Assembly (NCBI GenBank): GCA_020891255.1
Contig: BQFW01000008.1
Location: 1,550,001 to 1,614,000, forward strand
Reading direction: 5' to 3'
Source: Entomortierella parvispora E1425
Lineage: Eukaryota; Fungi; Mortierellomycota
Length of the DNA: 64,000 nucleotides
Shown here: piece by piece, positions 60,616 through 64,000 of the stretch
Layout: the number at the start of each line of letters is the position of its first letter
Position numbering within the stretch: position 1 is the first letter of the stretch
Notes under the pieces: model-generated
The model's database searches: none
The model's input: the letters and a program-made list of their open reading frames with translations, nothing else
Told to the model about the DNA's origin: nothing
Program-made: the position numbers and the translations under genes

Positions 60616-62664
60616 TTACTCCTCGACATCTCGAACATCATCTGGACACAATTGTTGTGGCTGCGGAATCTCCTGTTCCTCTTTTTGATCTTGTAGAGGA
60701 CTCGTGGCTGTCGAAGAATTATTCCGGTTACTCGATCTCAACAAACGATGTCTTGTCTCGGATGGCGACATGGAAGGAACATGCTCATGGTTCGATGTCG
60801 ATGAGGGCCGTCGGGTCAGGTCCGTGCTCGACCCGGACAAGGCCGCAGCTCTGCTGGTGCTACTGGACAATTGGCTCTCTCTGGAGGACTGACCCCCTGT
60901 TTGCGGCGGCTGGGCCGGATTCACGCGACTGCGCCTGCGCGTCGTGTGCGCGTTCTTGTCCGAGACTTTCCACTCTTCAACAATAATCTTCATCCGCTGA
61001 AAAGAGAGAAAGATGGGGAGGGGAAAAAAGTCGGTAATCTGGTAAAGCCTCTTCTTCAATTCGCTCAGCTCCCACCTGCCTCTCAGGTCCACTTTCTTTA
61101 GACTTACCTCTTGTGCAGAGAGATGAGGAAGACGCTCCGCGAGGCTTTTGCTCTGCTGCTGCAGGAACCGTGTGTAGGCCGTCTTTCGATTGCCTGCTGT
61201 AATCTTTTTGGGCTTTTGCAGAATCTTCCCTGTCTTTGTTAACTTGGGTTTGGGCCGAGCTTTGCTTCCGCCAGCGGATGAACTGTTCTCAATGGCGGAA
61301 GTAGCTGTAGAAGAATAGGGAGATCCCCAAAATTCTGGCGTCACAGGTGAAAAGATTGAGGAGGGTTGAGGTTCATGTTCAGTCTTTATGGCTCTATGTC
61401 CGTAGTTGTCACCACCTTCTGCCCCTTTTCCCGCCGAAAGAGCGCGCGCTTTGACCGAAGGCGCTGTGCTGGGCGATCGTGAAACGCGACGTTCTTCAAG
61501 TGGTCGATCCTCCTCAAAAGGAAAGGACACGGACCTGATATACTGTGTTGCGTTCACGAGACTCTTTTGCTTTTCGGCTTCACTGCTTCTGAGTTGAGAT
61601 ACGATCGCGGCGTCGTGGTTGATACTGTTAATACTGTTAATACTGTTATGACTGCTGTTGCTGTTGCTGTTGCTGTTGTCATTGTCGCCATTGTTGTAGC
61701 GATCGCCTTTGACGCTTCTATGGGTATTGACTTGCCTGGCATGCAGGTTATTTGGAACGATGATGTCGCTCCTTGGTAATGAACGATGGGAGAATGTTCT
61801 GGATTTACCGCTGGCACTGTATCTCGGCCGAGGTCGGGCATGATGAACTGTGCTGAACACTGGCGCGTCAATCCGTTTTTCAGTGACAGCCGGCATTAAA
61901 GGTGATGGTAAAGCAGAGTTGCTGCTGCTGCTGCTGCCGATGTTGATGTCGCTATTGTTGTCTTTGTTGTCGTCCTTGATGGTGTCATTGTGGACGCCGC
62001 CGTTGTTAGTGCTGTCCTTGATGTTGCTGTTGTTGCTGTTGGTATCTCTGCTCTGTCCGGATTGAGACGAGAAGTGAAGGTAGGATTGTGATAGTCGCTG
62101 AACTGAACCTCGTGCACCTGTTCTGTAGTATGAAGCTGAGGTTTCTGCCATCGTGGCCAGGGTGATAGGTGTGGATGTTCCTACAAGTGGTATGATTGGC
62201 GTTGACAAGGTTCGGGGCGACCGTCGAATTTGTGCTGGAATGAGAGAAGCCGACTCGAACGATGCTGCGGAAGGGGAGAGAGAAGGCGAAGGTATTGACG
62301 AGGATGATGCTGGACGGGAAGAGTATTCCGGTATCCGAGGAGACTGGTGAGGCTCGGAAGTATGGTTTATCAAAAAGGAGATTGGGATAGAGCCTGGTCG
62401 TCCTGCTATGCCTGCACCAGTGCTGGTGGCGGCAGCTGTAGACTCCCCGTTATCGCTGTGGGTGATGAAATCAGCGCTAATACTGGTGTTGCTGCGATCG
62501 GCAGGTACCGCAGGCACTGCAGGCACCCGACCAGTGCCTCTTCCAAGAGCGCCTAGGGCCATTGACGAAATAGCAGCGTACCAGGAAAGGGGGGGTTGAG
62601 TGCCGCTGTTGTTGTTGTTGTTGTTGTTGCCGTTGTTCCCGCTGCTGTTCTGGTCGTATGACAT
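60616..62664 (-). CDS. Low-complexity nuclear protein with one HMG-box/YABBY-like domain; probable intron 61107-60997
   Basis: After splicing (GAG/GTAAGT ... CTTTCAG/CGG) it reads RKTAYTRFLQQQSKSLAERLPHLSAQERMKIIVEEWKVSDKN, which resembles the SAYNxF..hxxxxP.hs..E.h+.ha..W HMG/YABBY pattern. It also has a basic NLS-like run KARPKPKLTKTGKILQKPKK and N/S-rich tracts. Confidence 0.78.
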   Translation of the reverse strand: MSYDQNSSGNNGNNNNNNNSGTQPPLSWYAAISSMALGALGRGTGRVPAVPAVPADRSNTSISADFITHSDNGESTAAATSTGAGIAGRPGSIPISFLINHTSEPHQSPRIPEYSSRPASSSSIPSPSLSPSAASFESASLIPAQIRRSPRTLSTPIIPLVGTSTPITLATMAETSASYYRTGARGSVQRLSQSYLHFSSQSGQSRDTNSNNSNIKDSTNNGGVHNDTIKDDNKDNNSDINIGSSSSSNSALPSPLMPAVTEKRIDAPVFSTVHHARPRPRYSASGKSRTFSHRSLPRSDIIVPNNLHARQVNTHRSVKGDRYNNGDNDNSNSNSNSSHNSINSINSINHDAAIVSQLRSSEAEKQKSLVNATQYIRSVSFPFEEDRPLEERRVSRSPSTAPSVKARALSAGKGAEGGDNYGHRAIKTEHEPQPSSIFSPVTPEFWGSPYSSTATSAIENSSSAGGSKARPKPKLTKTGKILQKPKKITAGNRKTAYTRFLQQQSKSLAERLPHLSAQEVSLKKVDLRGRWELSELKKRLYQITDFFPLPIFLSFQRMKIIVEEWKVSDKNAHTTRRRSRVNPAQPPQTGGQSSRESQLSSSTSRAAALSGSSTDLTRRPSSTSNHEHVPSMSPSETRHRLLRSSNRNNSSTATSPLQDQKEEQEIPQPQQLCPDDVRDVEE

Positions 62665-64000
62665 TGTATTTGGCAGAGCGCAGTGGGTGGCCGTTTTAGA
62701 ATAGGAGTCGAATCTATAGATTCTTGCTACTGTGTCTCTGTCACGGCACCGTTCGGTCTCGCGCCAAAGACCCTGACCGCTTCGCCTTTAGTCCCTGCGA
62801 CTGCTTAGCAGCAGGGGCAATAAGGCAGTCTATAAGGCGTTTGAAAACAGAAGGGGCTGTGGAGCTTTGTGCCTTTATCGATCGAAGGCGAGAAGACGAG
62901 GGGCGAAGCAAAAAATACAAAAGAATTGAATGGAAAGTTGGAAGACTGGACCTTGGCAACAAAGCTCAAAGGAAGAAGAAAAGGCCGAGCAGCAGGCGAA
63001 TCCAACAAGAGCGCTGTACTGTTGATCAAGGCCCACTGCAAATGTCAAGTCCGAGCAGCTTTTTTTTTTGTCCGTGGACGGTGTGAGCAGATCAGCTCTT
63101 GGTGAACAGAGCGAGAGAGTTTGAAAACAGACTGCCCTTGAAAAAGGATTGACCACTCAACAAAATAAACAAAGGGAACAAGTTGGGAGAAGAAAGAATA
63201 AAAGAAAGGGAAGGAACCTCAAGACTGCAAGGGGATCACCTATGTAAGTGGGGGTGCTGGAGGATTCGAAAATTAGAGATGAGAATGGGAGTGCGCAGGT
63301 GAAGATGAACAGGCCCAAGTCGAGGGTTCCAAAGGAGAGGTGAGTTAAGCTGGGCAGCAAAAGAGTAGATTGGTTCGGACGTGGAGGTGTGAAGGTGTGG
63401 ATGAGACTGAGGATCGACGAAAGAAGGGGTGTTCAGGGACAGTGAAGTAATAGAAATTGGATAGAAAAAGTTGTATAGTCGGCGATGGAGGAAGAAAAGA
63501 TGAGGAGCGATAACAAAACGAGGAGGGATGAAGAAAGAGAGAGAGAGAGAAAGAAGGAAGAGGGGAAGAAATAAAGAAGGGACGAACGAAGAGACAAACG
63601 AAGGAGAAAGGAAGGAAAAGGGAATGAAATAATACTGCGGTAAATTTATGAGGATAATATTATTGCAGGTTTTTTACAATATGATCATTGAATTGCCCTC
63701 CTCCCACACTCGCAGCCTCTGACAAGCTTTGGCCCAATCGGGGTTTTATTCAGCATTCAAGCCCTGCTGTGGTGGGCTGGGCAATGCTCTCTGTTTCTCT
63801 GTGTGTCGCTCTTCTTCTCCCTCTCTCTCACACACCCACACACGCGCAACTCATAAACACACCCCCTCTCTCCCTCTCTCTATATCCTATCTCTCTATCG
63901 CTATCTCTCTTCATTTCTTAATGAAGGGAGAAGAGAGGCATCACTGCCCCAGCAACATCTGCACTAAAAACAGGATTGGCCGCTACGCTTCACTTTCGAA

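Overview
Eukaryotic, intron-rich fungal genomic DNA. About 50% GC coding sequence, GT-AG introns, CT-rich promoters and poly-A/T tracts suggest an early-diverging fungus, probably Mortierellaceae (inference). I can support 18 protein-coding genes: PEPCK (5'-truncated), coronin, phosducin-like PLP1, a hypothetical protein, VPS33, a YhfC-like intramembrane glutamic protease, a GRAM-TBC Rab-GAP (MDR1/GYP2-type), a GCR1_C-domain protein, a NuiA-like nuclease inhibitor, a Rom2-type Rho1 GEF, ATP16, class II DAHP synthase, Tudor-SN, a Zn2Cys6 transcription factor, a Rap1/Rsr1 GTPase, a Q-rich PHO80-family cyclin, GYP1/TBC1D22 and SEC20, plus an HMG/YABBY-like protein of less certain identity. I found no tRNA, rRNA, CRISPR array or intact transposon. 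The most striking element is an intronless two-gene module between MDR1 and ROM2. It pairs an apparent homologue of the cyanobacterial nuclease inhibitor NuiA, with both inhibitory determinants kept, with a Crypton-type GCR1_C protein only 108 bp downstream. Other notable items are an unexplained multi-intron transcript in a 5.6 kb tail-to-tail gap, an in-frame retainable intron that splits an HMG-like box, and a perfect 30-bp palindrome in a Tudor-SN intron. All family assignments come from motif recognition by eye and remembered family sequences; no database or HMM search was run.
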